In this document: positions 1 through 10,579 of the stretch, piece by piece | Numbering within the stretch: the first letter of the stretch is position 1 | How the letters are laid out: the number at the start of each line of letters is the position of its first letter | Origin: Candidatus Saccharimonadales bacterium | GTDB taxonomy: Bacteria > Patescibacteriota > Saccharimonadia > Saccharimonadales > Saccharimonadaceae | Reading direction: 5' to 3' | Assembly (NCBI GenBank): GCA_038244885.1 | Contig: JBBRTA010000002.1 | Span: 6,436 to 70,435, forward strand | DNA: 64,000 nt | Program-made: the position numbers and the translations under genes | The notes under the pieces: model-generated | The model's input: only the letters and a program-made list of their open reading frames with translations | Told to the model about the DNA's origin: nothing | Databases searched by the model: none

Positions 1-2
1 AT

Positions 3-713
3 CATTACGGCGATGCCAGCGAAGATGTCCTGAGTGACGTTACTTTGTCAATTCCTGCTGGGCAAAAAGTTGGTCTCGTCGGACATTCCGGGGCCGGAAA
101 AACTACCATTACCCACTTACTACTCCGTTTTGCTGATGTGACCGGCGGTAGTATTTTGATTGGTGGTCATGATATTCGCGACGTGACACAAAAAAGTCTG
201 CGCGACACTATCGCCTATGTTCCCCAGGAACCAATGCTATTTCATCGAACCTTGCGTGAAAATATTGCCTACAGCAAACCGACAGCGACCGACGAGGAAA
301 TCCGTCAAGTTGCCCGACAAGCCAATGCGCTGGAGTTTATCGAACGATTACCTCGCGGATTCGACACTATGGTCGGCGAACGCGGCATCAAATTATCCGG
401 CGGACAACGACAACGCATTGCTATTGCAAGGGCTATCTTAAAAAACGCGCCAATTCTAGTTTTAGACGAGGCTACTTCTGCCCTTGATAGCGAAAGCGAA
501 AAGCTAATCCAAGATGCGCTCGTCAAGCTCATGAAAGGCCGTACCAGTATCGTCATCGCTCACCGCCTTTCGACCATCGCCAAGCTCGACCGTGTTATCG
601 TACTCGATGAAGGAAAAATTGCTGAGCAAGGAAGTCATCAAGAGTTGCTGCAACAAAAAGGCATCTACTACAAACTCTGGTCACACCAATCGGGTGGCTT
701 CATAGAAGAATAG
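3..713 (+). CDS. ABC transporter ATP-binding domain, C-terminal part of a fused permease/ATPase exporter (5' end outside window)
   Basis: Frame is open to the window edge; Walker [13 protein letters not shown] signature LSGGQRQR, Walker [14 protein letters not shown]-loop IAHRLST. Confidence 0.9.
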   Translation, partial: HYGDASEDVLSDVTLSIPAGQKVGLVGHSGAGKTTITHLLLRFADVTGGSILIGGHDIRDVTQKSLRDTIAYVPQEPMLFHRTLRENIAYSKPTATDEEIRQVARQANALEFIERLPRGFDTMVGERGIKLSGGQRQRIAIARAILKNAPILVLDEATSALDSESEKLIQDALVKLMKGRTSIVIAHRLSTIAKLDRVIVLDEGKIAEQGSHQELLQQKGIYYKLWSHQSGGFIEE

Positions 714-731
714 TCCAAGTTTAAATCAGGT

Positions 732-3539
732 TTACCTGTGGTGACGAAGTTCGAAGCGTGGACTCGACGTCTTGGGACGTTGCGTCGGACGAGCCTTATT
801 GACTTGACGGCCGGTCTGATTATTATGACCAGCAATTCTTGTAACGCCAGCCCCTATCGTCGCTTGGCTACGTCGTTGATCCCGAGTTGGCAAGGTATGA
901 TCATACCTTGCTTGTTCTAAGGTCTTGTACTCGGTCTTGCTGTCCGGACGAACACTCAGGCGATGTTCGCCCATCACAAACGGTAGTAAATGATAATAGC
1001 GGGCTGGTATTGTCACGTGCGCTCTGTCGCTGTTTGCTAGATATTCGATCTTGAATTCAAGCGACCCATCCTTTTCATCGATAACACTTATCACGTCGGG
1101 CGAATGAAGCAGTATCTCATCACGAATTTCCTCTGGAACGATTTCGCGAATAGCCTCAAGGTCGATATACGGATCAATGTCTTCCATGGAGCGAATCATG
1201 TAGGACGCTTCCCGAACCGTCTTGGCGATAATCTGATCAACCGAGTAATCGACCCCCAAATCTTCGACGGTTCGATTTTGCAGGCGTTTAAAATCAAAAA
1301 TCAACTTACGTGCTATCGCAATGTTTGTCGGCAGCTTAATAGTGGTTTTTTCATTGAGAAAAATCTGATCGACGATGAATTTCTGGACAGCAACGCTCGG
1401 CTCGGCTCGGCGAGAAATACATTGTCTTGTTGGGTTGCCGTCAAAGAAAACTCGCTCGTTCGTCACGGCCCATCCCTCTTCATCAATATTGAAACCATCG
1501 ATGACTGTCGTCGTCCTGTCGGGCAAGATCGATAACAACATTTCTGAAGTTACTTGAGTAGCGGTAGTCACAAACTTAGTCGTGTTTATTTTTTTGCTAC
1601 GTGCTCTTTGCATATCGAAACTATGACCGGCAACCAGAGAGACATCGCCCTCAAGGACGTCGATAATCGTACTGGAGACAAGCACGCGCTTTCTCTTTTT
1701 GTTGTCCGTAAATGCTTGCAGGCCGTTGCGCACAAATAACTCATCCGTACCAGTAATAATCGATTCTATCAGCTGAATCCTCTGTTCATCACTCGGAGTC
1801 TTCAGGTCATACACGTCAAGACCGCGACGATTTGCCAACGACTCGAATGCCCGAAAGGCTTTGTTATAGCGCAGTTCGATAATATTCGCTTTCTCCTGCT
1901 GAAGACCATTGCGTTGCATAGCCGCGACCATATAGTCGACGCCAGCGATAATATCAGAGTTAGTCTCGCTCGTCAGATGTCGCCATTTATCCATTCCTTT
2001 GGCAGTCGAGGTGATACCGTTCAATTGTTGGACAACGGCCGCGGCCAGCATTTGCAATTCTACCTCGGGACCGTATTGTCGTGATTTGAGCACCATGCGC
2101 GCTGAATTAACGTCGAGTGGTAGGTGGGCGGCTTGCTCGCCTAGTTTAGTGATAGCATAGCCCTCAAGCGCAGTATTGCCTAGTTTTCTGAAGAGCTTCA
2201 GTCGCGTCAGCCTCTCGTTTGCCCGGTCTATTTCCGCCTCGCTTGGCAAGTCGTAAAACGGCAAATCATCAAGCCTATGCCCAAAAGCCGCCAGTTTCAG
2301 TATCGTATCCTGCATTGGTACGCGCTGAATGGCAGGAATGTCATATTCGGCAATCTCATCAAGCGGAGGTAACAGTGGAAAGCCACGGTACTGAGCGCGT
2401 ATATACTTATCGATTTGGCCTGGTTCTTTTTTTACTCGGCCGACGCGTCCGCGCCTCTGCTCTGCAGTTGCCCGCGAAGAAAGCTGAATCGCAAGCGTAC
2501 GAACCCCGTCCGGACTTAACGTTGCGGTACGTTCATAGCCGCAGTCAATCACGGTATCAATCCCAGGGATGGTAATACTCGTCTGACCGACCGACGTGGA
2601 GAAAACGATCACACCTTTGGGATACGACAAAAATACCTTGCTCTGCTCGTTCGGAGTTTGGTCACCGTGTAGCGCAAGCAATGTATAGCCTTCTGGTACC
2701 TTGCGTCCAAATTTCGACAATGCACCCTGAATCTGTTCGCGCCCCGGCAAGAAGACTAAGACATTCTCGTGTCTCCGGGCGGCCTCGATAACATCCCTAT
2801 CAAGATCCGTTGACTCGCGCTCTTCGACTTCGTACGACGCTCCAGGAATCTCAATGACGGGAGCTTGTTCACCTACAATCTTGCTATAGTGATTACTCAG
2901 TTTTTCGGCATCAAGCGTTGCACTCATCACGACGACACGCATGCCGTACTTGACTGCAATGGCCAGCAGCGCATCCATGTTTTCACTCCGCTCGTGGTAT
3001 TCGTCAATTACTAAAACTTGGTCTTTAGTAATACCATTATGAGAAATCTCATGCATCAACTGGAGGCCGTCGGTCACATAGGATATGGCATTATCTTCTG
3101 ACTCGTCACCCTCTTGCGCTGTACGGTAGCCAACAAGATTATGGTTAGGGTCGTTCAGCGACGTAGCGATTGTACTATCGACATATCGCTTTAATTGACG
3201 CGCAGCAACGACGCGAGGCTGAGTGACAATAATTTTGCTAAAATAGCCGGATTCAAATAAATACTGTGGAAATTCCGTACTCTTCCCGGTCGCCGTTCTG
3301 GCCGTCACAATCGTCAAAAGGTGGTTTTTGACCATTTCGACACCATGTTCGCGGCACTTAGCCACCGGCAATTCGGGATTACCTAGCTGGTAATTTTTTT
3401 GGGCGGGGCGTTCTTGCTGCATACCTGCTTCGTCAAAATAAACCTGATTCGGCCACTCTTTGGCGAAGATCTTGGCAAACTCAGTATCCGTTTCTGTGTC
3501 TATTGTTCTATCTAAAATCGCGGTTCTGGTTTGTTCCAT
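732..3539 (-). CDS. DEAH/RHA-family ATP-dependent helicase (HrpA/HrpB-like)
   Basis: 935-aa ORF; motif I TATGKST, motif II DEYH (DEAH variant), motif III SAT, motif V TSVGQTSITIPGI, motif VI QRRGRVGR; C-terminal half not recognisable to me, ends in a basic tail. Confidence 0.8.
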   Translation of the reverse strand: MEQTRTAILDRTIDTETDTEFAKIFAKEWPNQVYFDEAGMQQERPAQKNYQLGNPELPVAKCREHGVEMVKNHLLTIVTARTATGKSTEFPQYLFESGYFSKIIVTQPRVVAARQLKRYVDSTIATSLNDPNHNLVGYRTAQEGDESEDNAISYVTDGLQLMHEISHNGITKDQVLVIDEYHERSENMDALLAIAVKYGMRVVVMSATLDAEKLSNHYSKIVGEQAPVIEIPGASYEVEERESTDLDRDVIEAARRHENVLVFLPGREQIQGALSKFGRKVPEGYTLLALHGDQTPNEQSKVFLSYPKGVIVFSTSVGQTSITIPGIDTVIDCGYERTATLSPDGVRTLAIQLSSRATAEQRRGRVGRVKKEPGQIDKYIRAQYRGFPLLPPLDEIAEYDIPAIQRVPMQDTILKLAAFGHRLDDLPFYDLPSEAEIDRANERLTRLKLFRKLGNTALEGYAITKLGEQAAHLPLDVNSARMVLKSRQYGPEVELQMLAAAVVQQLNGITSTAKGMDKWRHLTSETNSDIIAGVDYMVAAMQRNGLQQEKANIIELRYNKAFRAFESLANRRGLDVYDLKTPSDEQRIQLIESIITGTDELFVRNGLQAFTDNKKRKRVLVSSTIIDVLEGDVSLVAGHSFDMQRARSKKINTTKFVTTATQVTSEMLLSILPDRTTTVIDGFNIDEEGWAVTNERVFFDGNPTRQCISRRAEPSVAVQKFIVDQIFLNEKTTIKLPTNIAIARKLIFDFKRLQNRTVEDLGVDYSVDQIIAKTVREASYMIRSMEDIDPYIDLEAIREIVPEEIRDEILLHSPDVISVIDEKDGSLEFKIEYLANSDRAHVTIPARYYHLLPFVMGEHRLSVRPDSKTEYKTLEQARYDHTLPTRDQRRSQATIGAGVTRIAGHNNQTGRQVNKARPTQRPKTSSPRFELRHHR

Positions 3540-3679
3540 AATCCTACAAAAACACCCTTATTCAAACGTAACTCACCCACTCTGCGTCACATCTACTCTA
3601 GCTTGATTTACTTCTGCCCTCAGGATACAACAAGCGACGTCCGTCATCGATAAAAATATGTTGTCATTTGTACCTATAC

Positions 3680-3711
3680 AAAAATCCGCACCGTAATTGG
3701 TGCGGATTTTT
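3680..3711. terminator. Hairpin terminator downstream of rplY (A-run and T-run on either side, could act in both directions)
   Basis: AAAAATCCGCACC-gtaatt-GGTGCGGATTTTT, 13-bp perfect stem. Confidence 0.75.
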
Positions 3712-3726
3712 CGTGTATTGTTTGTG

Positions 3727-4416
3727 TTATTTGTCGGCTTTGACGTCAGCTTCAACCTCTTCGGCTACTTCTGCGCCGTTTTCAGCTTCAACCTCAGCCG
3801 CTTCTTCAGCTTCGGCTTCACCACCGGCATCTTCATTGGCAGATTGGAGGGCAGATGGTTCATAGACATTGGCGATGACCAACTCGAGATCCTGTTCGTG
3901 ATCGGCAAATTCGACGCCCTCTGGCAAAACGATGTCGGCGACGGTCAACTTATCGTCGTCGGTTGCCAGTTCGCTAATTGACATCTCAAGAGACTCTGGC
4001 AAATTGGCAGGTAGAGCACGAATTTCAAGGTGCTCAATTGCCTGCAAGACGATAAGTCCAGCTTTTTCAGCGGCACTTTCACCAACACCAATCAGGATAA
4101 TTGGCACTTCGGTGACAATTTTGTCTTTGCGATTAATGGCGTGGAACGCAATGTGTCGCACGACGTGCTTAACGGGATCAATATCGATGGACTTGATGAT
4201 AGCGAGGCGCTTCTTGCCGTCAATCAGAAGGTCGACTGGCGAGTGCTTGCCGGCGATGTGGGCAACTTTGGTCGTCTCGACGACAGCTGACTGCATCGTA
4301 ATGGGCTCGACACCACTTCCGTACACAACACTTGGTACCAAGCCCTGCTTTCGCAAAGTAGCGACTTTTTTACCAGTTACTGTTCGCTCATCTAACGTGA
4401 GTGAAATGTTGCTCAT
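3727..4416 (-). CDS. rplY: 50S ribosomal protein L25 / general stress protein Ctc, with acidic E/A-rich C-terminal tail
   Basis: 229-aa ORF; N-terminus LTLDERTVTGKKVATLRKQGLVPSVVYG is typical of L25/Ctc; tail EDAGGEAEAEEAAEVEAENGAEVAEEVEADVKADK. Confidence 0.85.
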   Translation of the reverse strand: MSNISLTLDERTVTGKKVATLRKQGLVPSVVYGSGVEPITMQSAVVETTKVAHIAGKHSPVDLLIDGKKRLAIIKSIDIDPVKHVVRHIAFHAINRKDKIVTEVPIILIGVGESAAEKAGLIVLQAIEHLEIRALPANLPESLEMSISELATDDDKLTVADIVLPEGVEFADHEQDLELVIANVYEPSALQSANEDAGGEAEAEEAAEVEAENGAEVAEEVEADVKADK

Positions 4417-4509
4417 ATGTTCTCCTTAATGCGTTGTTGTTTGGACTATATTGCCTATTATAGCATTTCTAACAGATTAATGCTGGTCCGTGTTAAAATA
4501 GTACGAGTA

Positions 4510-5184
4510 ATGATTCCCGGCATTGATCTGATCGATTTTATTAAATACGTAAGCGTCTTGGGCGTCGCTTTCGTGATATTCGCCGAATCGGGCCTCCTCA
4601 TCGGCTTCTTCTTGCCGGGCGACAGCCTGCTCTTCACCGCCGGCTTCTTAGCTCAATCGGGTTTGCTCCATATCAATATCAACCTGCTGGTTTTAGTTTT
4701 ATTCGTCGCGGCGGCACTCGGTGATAGTGTCGGTTATAGCTTTGGAAATAAAGTCGGTGGACGCGTCTTTACGCGAAAAGACTCACTCTTGTTCCGCCAG
4801 GAAAACGTTCGCAAGGCCCAAGTGTTTTACGAAAAACACGGCGGCATCACAATCATCATCGCCCGCTTTATTCCCATTGTCCGCACCTTCGCACCGGTGG
4901 TAGCTGGTGTGGCAAAAATGAAATATAAAACGTTCCTTAGCTTTAATTTAATCGGCGCTTTCCTGTGGGCAGCTGGTGTGACCTACCTTGGTTATTTTGT
5001 TGGTTCTTGGTTCAAAAAAATCGGCATTGATATCGACACAGTTTTGTTACCGATCGTTCTGGTGATTATCTTCCTGTCCGTATTACCTCCCGCTATCCAC
5101 ATCCTGAAAGACAAAAAACAGCGCGATGTCCTTTGGAACGGCACAAAACGCCAACTCAAACTTGTCTTTGGTAAAAAAAGTTGA
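4510..5184 (+). CDS. DedA family membrane protein
   Basis: Motif FFLPGDSLLFTAGFLA, FIPIVRTFAPVVAG, multiple TM segments; start moved to ATG 4510 because the longer ORF starts directly at the rplY start codon. Confidence 0.8.
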   Translation: MIPGIDLIDFIKYVSVLGVAFVIFAESGLLIGFFLPGDSLLFTAGFLAQSGLLHININLLVLVLFVAAALGDSVGYSFGNKVGGRVFTRKDSLLFRQENVRKAQVFYEKHGGITIIIARFIPIVRTFAPVVAGVAKMKYKTFLSFNLIGAFLWAAGVTYLGYFVGSWFKKIGIDIDTVLLPIVLVIIFLSVLPPAIHILKDKKQRDVLWNGTKRQLKLVFGKKS

Positions 5185-5906
5185 CAGTCGTGACCCTCCC
5201 TTCTTTTGTAGGTAAGATTACCAAAAAACCTGCGTTAATCAGCCTCTGTATCGGGCTACTCTGTATACTCATCGGTAGTGCAATCTTCATCTTTTTATTC
5301 GACAATGTCCGCGAACAAAATGACATCGCACGATTAGACCAACCGACACTGGCGTGGTTTATGGGCCACCGAAGCAATAGTCTGACTGCCATCATGAAGC
5401 TGATTACGACCATAGCCAGTCCTATCGTGCTTGGCGTCCTGGTAACCGTCGGCAGTCTGGTTTGGGGACGAAAAAGGCGGGAAATTTGGCGACCGGCCCT
5501 GTTGATTGGTGCCATGGGGCTAGCCGTTATGACTTCGACAATTATTAAACTACTCACCGGTCGAGGCCGTCCACCGCTGTCTGATATGATTCCTCCATTT
5601 GAAGTAGACTTCTCGTTTCCGTCGGGTCACACCCTTGGTATCGCCGTCCTAGTATTGGTCGCGGGATACCTGATTTACTCACGTCGACCGACCAAAAGGC
5701 GGCTGTTCTTATGGATAACGATGACCGTTTTTGGTATTAGCATAGTCGCTTCCAGCCGACTCTATCTCGCCTATCACTGGATAACAGATATCGGCGCCTC
5801 AGTTGGGTTAGCGTTGATTGTCTTTGGCATAGTCATGCTCGTCGACACCTGGTTCATGAACTACCGACGTCAATCTAGAAAAGTTCTTTCAAGTACTGGC
5901 CAGTAA
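5181..5906 (+). CDS. PAP2-family phosphatase (undecaprenyl-diphosphate/lipid phosphatase type)
   Basis: Three PAP2 motifs [26 protein letters not shown]; TTG start overlaps the DedA stop codon. Confidence 0.75.
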   Translation: MTVVTLPSFVGKITKKPALISLCIGLLCILIGSAIFIFLFDNVREQNDIARLDQPTLAWFMGHRSNSLTAIMKLITTIASPIVLGVLVTVGSLVWGRKRREIWRPALLIGAMGLAVMTSTIIKLLTGRGRPPLSDMIPPFEVDFSFPSGHTLGIAVLVLVAGYLIYSRRPTKRRLFLWITMTVFGISIVASSRLYLAYHWITDIGASVGLALIVFGIVMLVDTWFMNYRRQSRKVLSSTGQ

Positions 5907-8688
5907 ACGATTCCTTGACCTCGGCAACCTGTTCTGGTGTGCCCGTGGCCACGATACTGCCGCCAGCCAGCCCGCCTTCTGGCCCCATGTCGATAACGTA
6001 GTCGGCCGTTTTAATAACGTCAAGATTGTGTTCGATAATGATCATCGTGTTGCCGCCCTGGATAAGCTTTTGTAAAATACCGAGCAGTCGTTTAACGTCG
6101 GCGCTATGCAGCCCGGTGGTCGGTTCGTCCAAAATATACAGTGTCTTGCCGGTTGCCCGGCGGGCCAGTTCGCTGGCCAATTTGATACGCTGAGCTTCAC
6201 CGCCGCTGAACGTCGTGGCTGGTTGTCCGAGGTTGATATAGCCGAGGCCAACGTCGACAATCGTGTCGAGCTTACGGGCAATCGCCGGGATATTTTCAAA
6301 GAATTTGGCCGCCTCTTCGACGGTCATCCCCAGGACATCGCTAATCGTCGCGCCTTTATATTTGATCTCAAGCGCCTCGCGGTTGTAGCGCTTCCCCTTG
6401 CAGACATCGCAGGTTACGTAAACGTCGGGCAAGAAGTGCATTTCAATTTTGATGACTCCGTCACCTTGGCAGTTTTCGCAACGACCACCTTTGACGTTAA
6501 AACTAAAGCGGCCGGCTTTATAACCACGGATGTTCGCTTCAGGCGTACCGGCAAATAATTCTCGAATCGGTGTGAACACGCCAGTGTAGGTCGCTGGGTT
6601 AGAACGAGGTGTCCGACCGATAGCCGACTGGTTAATGATAATCGCCTTGTCGAGGTGTTCGATGCCTTCGATATTTTCGTGGGACCCTGGAATCTCGTGT
6701 GATCGGTGCAAGCGCGCCGATAACTCTTTAGCCAAGATGTCATTCACCAACGTCGACTTACCCGAGCCACTGACACCACTGACGACGGTCATGACGCCGA
6801 GCGGAAAAGCAACGTCAATGTTCTTGAGATTGTTTTCACTCGCTCCGCGGACTATCAATTGACGGTCCCTGATGAGTGGCCGACGCTTCTTGGGCATATC
6901 AATATTTTCCAGCCCACTTAAATATCGTCCGGTGATACTGTCCTTATTCTTGGCCACTTCGTCGGGCGTCCCAGCCGCCACGACGTTACCGCCGGCGATG
7001 CCCGCACCTGGACCGATATCAAGTAAGTAGTCGGCTTGGCGGATCGTGTCTACGTCGTGCTCAACGACCAAAACAGTATTGCCTAAATCACGCAGGTGTT
7101 TGAGGGTAGAAATTAAACGATCGTTATCCCGCTGGTGTAGACCAATTGAAGGTTCGTCCAACACGTATAACACGCCCTGTAGACTCGAACCGATTTGCGT
7201 TGCCAAGCGAATTCGCTGGGCTTCACCACCACTAAGGGTATTGGCAGCCCGGGCGAGTTCGAGATAACTAAGCCCAACGTTACTCATGAAACCAAGTCGT
7301 GATTTTATTTCTTTCATAATTTGGACGGCAATAAACTGCTCTTGGTCGGTCAGTTTGAGCTTGTGGTCGAACAAATCGAGGGCACTATCGACCCCGAGGT
7401 TACAGATATCCATAATACTCAGCCCATGAACCGTGACGGCCAAGACGACCGGCTTGAGACGGGCACCCTTGCAGGTATAACATTGTCGTTCGCGCATAAA
7501 GCGCTCGATGTCTTTTCGCATAAACTCGCTGTCGGTTTCTTTGTGTCGACGCTCTAAATTCGGAATTACGCCTTCGTACGTCGATTCGTACATTCGACCG
7601 CCGCCAAGTTGCACGGTATACTTTTGAAGACCAGTCCCGTAGAGAATTTTTTCGAGATTTTCAGCTGACAAATCTTGAACGGGAACCTGTAGGCTGAAGC
7701 CGTGTGCACTGGCAACTTCCGCTAGTCGCTTCATATACCAGGCATCGCTATTGACGCGGTTATACGGACGAATCGCACCCTCAGCTATCGTCAGGTTCGG
7801 GTTAAAGACAAGACCAGGATCAACTTCTAGGCGACTCCCTAGACCCATACAAACAGGACAGGCACCTTGCGGGGCGTTGAAGCTGAAGAGACGTGGCTCT
7901 AACTCTGGAATATCCTCGTTCGGGTGATCGAGGCAGGCGTAGCGCTGACTAAAAGTCGAGACTTTATCGGTGTCAACATTCAATATTTGAATAATACCGT
8001 CAGCTATCTCGAGTGTCTGTTCAACCGACTGCGTGACGCGGCCGGTCATCTCGGTACTCATAGCAATTCGATCGACCACGATTTCGATGTTGTGTTTGTA
8101 TTTCTTGTCGAGCTCAGGAAACTCGTCCAACGAATAGACAACCCCATCGACCCGTACCCGGGCAAAGCCAAGTCGACGATACTGTTCGGGGATGTGAGCG
8201 AATTCGCCTTTCTTGCTCTGAATAACTGGCGCTAACAACATCAAACGAGCGCCTTCAGGTAGCTTCATGATTTCATCAATAATTGTCTCGGAAGTCCGGC
8301 GAGAAACAGGTTTGCCACAGACGGGACAGTGCGGTACTCCGATACGGGCATACAGCAGACGGAGGTAATCGTAAATCTCGGTGACGGTGGCGACCGTACT
8401 GCGGGGATTTCGACTGGTTGATTTCTGATCGATGCTAATTGCCGGACTGAGGCCATCGATTTGGTCGACGTCGGGCTTTTCCATCAATCCCAAGAACTGC
8501 CTAGCGTAGCTCGACAGACTTTCCACATAACGTCGTTGTCCCTCAGCGTAAATAGTATCAAAAGCTAGGCTTGATTTACCCGACCCAGAAAGACCAGTAA
8601 TCACCACTAACTTATCACGCGGAATTTCCACGTTAATGTTTTTTAGGTTGTGCTCACGCGCACCTGTGACTCGAATAACCTCTGACAT
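5875..8688 (-). CDS. uvrA: Excinuclease ABC subunit A
   Basis: Two ABC modules ([18 protein letters not shown]; LSGGE signatures), Zn-finger CPVCG/CxxC pairs, N-terminus [13 protein letters not shown]; start placed at ATG 8688 (MSEVIRV) with TACAAT 9 nt upstream. Confidence 0.93.
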   Translation of the reverse strand: MSEVIRVTGAREHNLKNINVEIPRDKLVVITGLSGSGKSSLAFDTIYAEGQRRYVESLSSYARQFLGLMEKPDVDQIDGLSPAISIDQKSTSRNPRSTVATVTEIYDYLRLLYARIGVPHCPVCGKPVSRRTSETIIDEIMKLPEGARLMLLAPVIQSKKGEFAHIPEQYRRLGFARVRVDGVVYSLDEFPELDKKYKHNIEIVVDRIAMSTEMTGRVTQSVEQTLEIADGIIQILNVDTDKVSTFSQRYACLDHPNEDIPELEPRLFSFNAPQGACPVCMGLGSRLEVDPGLVFNPNLTIAEGAIRPYNRVNSDAWYMKRLAEVASAHGFSLQVPVQDLSAENLEKILYGTGLQKYTVQLGGGRMYESTYEGVIPNLERRHKETDSEFMRKDIERFMRERQCYTCKGARLKPVVLAVTVHGLSIMDICNLGVDSALDLFDHKLKLTDQEQFIAVQIMKEIKSRLGFMSNVGLSYLELARAANTLSGGEAQRIRLATQIGSSLQGVLYVLDEPSIGLHQRDNDRLISTLKHLRDLGNTVLVVEHDVDTIRQADYLLDIGPGAGIAGGNVVAAGTPDEVAKNKDSITGRYLSGLENIDMPKKRRPLIRDRQLIVRGASENNLKNIDVAFPLGVMTVVSGVSGSGKSTLVNDILAKELSARLHRSHEIPGSHENIEGIEHLDKAIIINQSAIGRTPRSNPATYTGVFTPIRELFAGTPEANIRGYKAGRFSFNVKGGRCENCQGDGVIKIEMHFLPDVYVTCDVCKGKRYNREALEIKYKGATISDVLGMTVEEAAKFFENIPAIARKLDTIVDVGLGYINLGQPATTFSGGEAQRIKLASELARRATGKTLYILDEPTTGLHSADVKRLLGILQKLIQGGNTMIIIEHNLDVIKTADYVIDMGPEGGLAGGSIVATGTPEQVAEVKESFTGQYLKELF

Positions 8689-8818
8689 AACCAATTGATT
8701 GTACTCTGTTTTGACGCCTTTTTCCACCCCTTTGCGTATACATCGCGCTTATCGTTGCACCTTGACGAGCCACGTGGTATATTCTATAGACATTAAATTG
8801 AAGTTCCGAGGTATTGTG

Positions 8819-9097
8819 ATGAAGAAAAAGATCAGCATCATCGGTATTATTGGCTCCCTGTTACTTATCCTTGATAGCATGGGCGCGAGCCATTGGGTAT
8901 TGTTATTTGTGCTGGCTGGGGTCATTCCAGGTACTGATGTCCGTATCTCAGCAATCGACATGATGGCTGCCAATGCCACTGCCATCGTAATTATTATTCT
9001 CCGCGTCACAGCGTGGCCTCAATTCCTTGAATTCTTCCTACCGCCCATCGAAAAACACGTGCCAACAAAAAAACACATCCGTCGCCACGCGGCCTAG
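8819..9097 (+). CDS. Small hypothetical membrane protein (92 aa)
   Basis: MKKKISIIGIIGSLLLILD..., 2-3 hydrophobic segments; no recognisable motif. Confidence 0.45.
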   Translation: MKKKISIIGIIGSLLLILDSMGASHWVLLFVLAGVIPGTDVRISAIDMMAANATAIVIIILRVTAWPQFLEFFLPPIEKHVPTKKHIRRHAA

Positions 9098-9106
9098 TTC
9101 TTGTTT

Positions 9107-10531
9107 CTAGTTTTCAAGGTCGGAAGGAAGGATACTTTCGGCCCACAGTTGCAGTTCCTGCAACACAAACTGCTTATCCTGGTCGTCGATTGTTGCCGAC
9201 AAACTATGAAGCGATTTCGTAAAACTCGGTAAACTGGCTGTAATTTTAGCGGCCCGCCACTTTTCCCAGGCTATCGTCTCGTCCTCAGCCAGACTACTAG
9301 GGAAATTACGAGCTTTGTAGTGGAGTAGTAGCGGTTCGAGCCGCTCATCATTAAAGCTAGGGTGAAAATCTGCTAGTTCACGTTCGCCGGCCTTGCGGAC
9401 AGTTTCGATTCTGATTTTATCAACGTCCGGTACGAAGCCATCGTACAGTTGCGCCTCGGGATCGAGTGATTTTTTGTATTCCGGCTTATTTTCGAACAAA
9501 GTTCTAATATTCTCAGCAAAACCAGGCGCAGCGAGTAAAGTAGTCCGGTGTTTCGTGATAATTTCTTCGCTCAAACCGATATTACTCCAGCCTTCACCTT
9601 GCGCCAGCACGCCAAGCGGTGCCACGGCCGGAGCGCGGTTGTACTGCAGTTCCTTGACTGGTAGGCGCTGAAAACCTTCAGCCGACCGCTCTTCCCACGT
9701 GGCATAAAGTTTTTTCTTCAGGTCCGACTGGCTCATCTCAAGAAATGGTGTCGGGTCGTAACGAAGATCGTAGACCACGACGTTGCTGTTCTGACCGGCA
9801 GTCAAGGGAAAAGCGACAGTTGCTTTGTTGAAGGCACTGTCCAAACGGCCACTAACGTAGACGAACGGCAGCTTATTGTCGAGATTAACCAATTGTTTGA
9901 CTTCTTTTTTGTCTCGGAGCCGCAGCAAATAGTCGTACAACTGAGGTTGTTTATCGCGGATTAATTTCGTCACGTCGATGAGCGCTTCGACGTCACTCAG
10001 CGCGTCGTGGGCTTTAGTATGATCAAGCTCGTTTACCTTGCTGAGAAGTTCTAGTCGGTTAGTGGCCACACCCTTGGCGTCGACGGGCCACTTGATCCCG
10101 TCGGGCCGGAGCGCCCGAGTCATACGAACAACGTCCAACAAGTCCCAGCGGGAGCGCCCGTCTTTCCAGCTCCATTCGTATGGATCGTAAAAATTACGCC
10201 AAAATAGATGACGGATAAACTCATCATCGAAACGAATATTGTTAAAACCGACCACAATCGTATCGGGGGTAAAAATTTCTTCGGACAACATCTTGGCAAA
10301 TTCAGATTCTTTATAGCCGTCCGCCTGTGTCTGTTGTGGCGTAATGTTAGTCACCATCAACGCTTCGGGGCTTGGTAGAACGTCGTCATTAAGCTTTACA
10401 AGGACATTGACAGGCTCTCCAATGGGCCGTAGCTCCATATCAGTCCGAATGCCGGCAAACTGCATGACGCGCGCTTCTTGCGGGCTGAGGCCGCTTGTCT
10501 CAAGGTCATAGAAAAAAAATGTTTTAGCCAT
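9107..10531 (-). CDS. sbcB: Exodeoxyribonuclease I
   Basis: 474 aa; N-terminal DEDDh exonuclease motif FFFYDLETSG, NNIRFDDEF, HDALSDV; size and layout of ExoI. Confidence 0.85.
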   Translation of the reverse strand: MAKTFFFYDLETSGLSPQEARVMQFAGIRTDMELRPIGEPVNVLVKLNDDVLPSPEALMVTNITPQQTQADGYKESEFAKMLSEEIFTPDTIVVGFNNIRFDDEFIRHLFWRNFYDPYEWSWKDGRSRWDLLDVVRMTRALRPDGIKWPVDAKGVATNRLELLSKVNELDHTKAHDALSDVEALIDVTKLIRDKQPQLYDYLLRLRDKKEVKQLVNLDNKLPFVYVSGRLDSAFNKATVAFPLTAGQNSNVVVYDLRYDPTPFLEMSQSDLKKKLYATWEERSAEGFQRLPVKELQYNRAPAVAPLGVLAQGEGWSNIGLSEEIITKHRTTLLAAPGFAENIRTLFENKPEYKKSLDPEAQLYDGFVPDVDKIRIETVRKAGERELADFHPSFNDERLEPLLLHYKARNFPSSLAEDETIAWEKWRAAKITASLPSFTKSLHSLSATIDDQDKQFVLQELQLWAESILPSDLEN

Positions 10532-10579
10532 TAGGACTAATTATATACTGCTTTGATGCCTGACAAAAATTTAGACATC

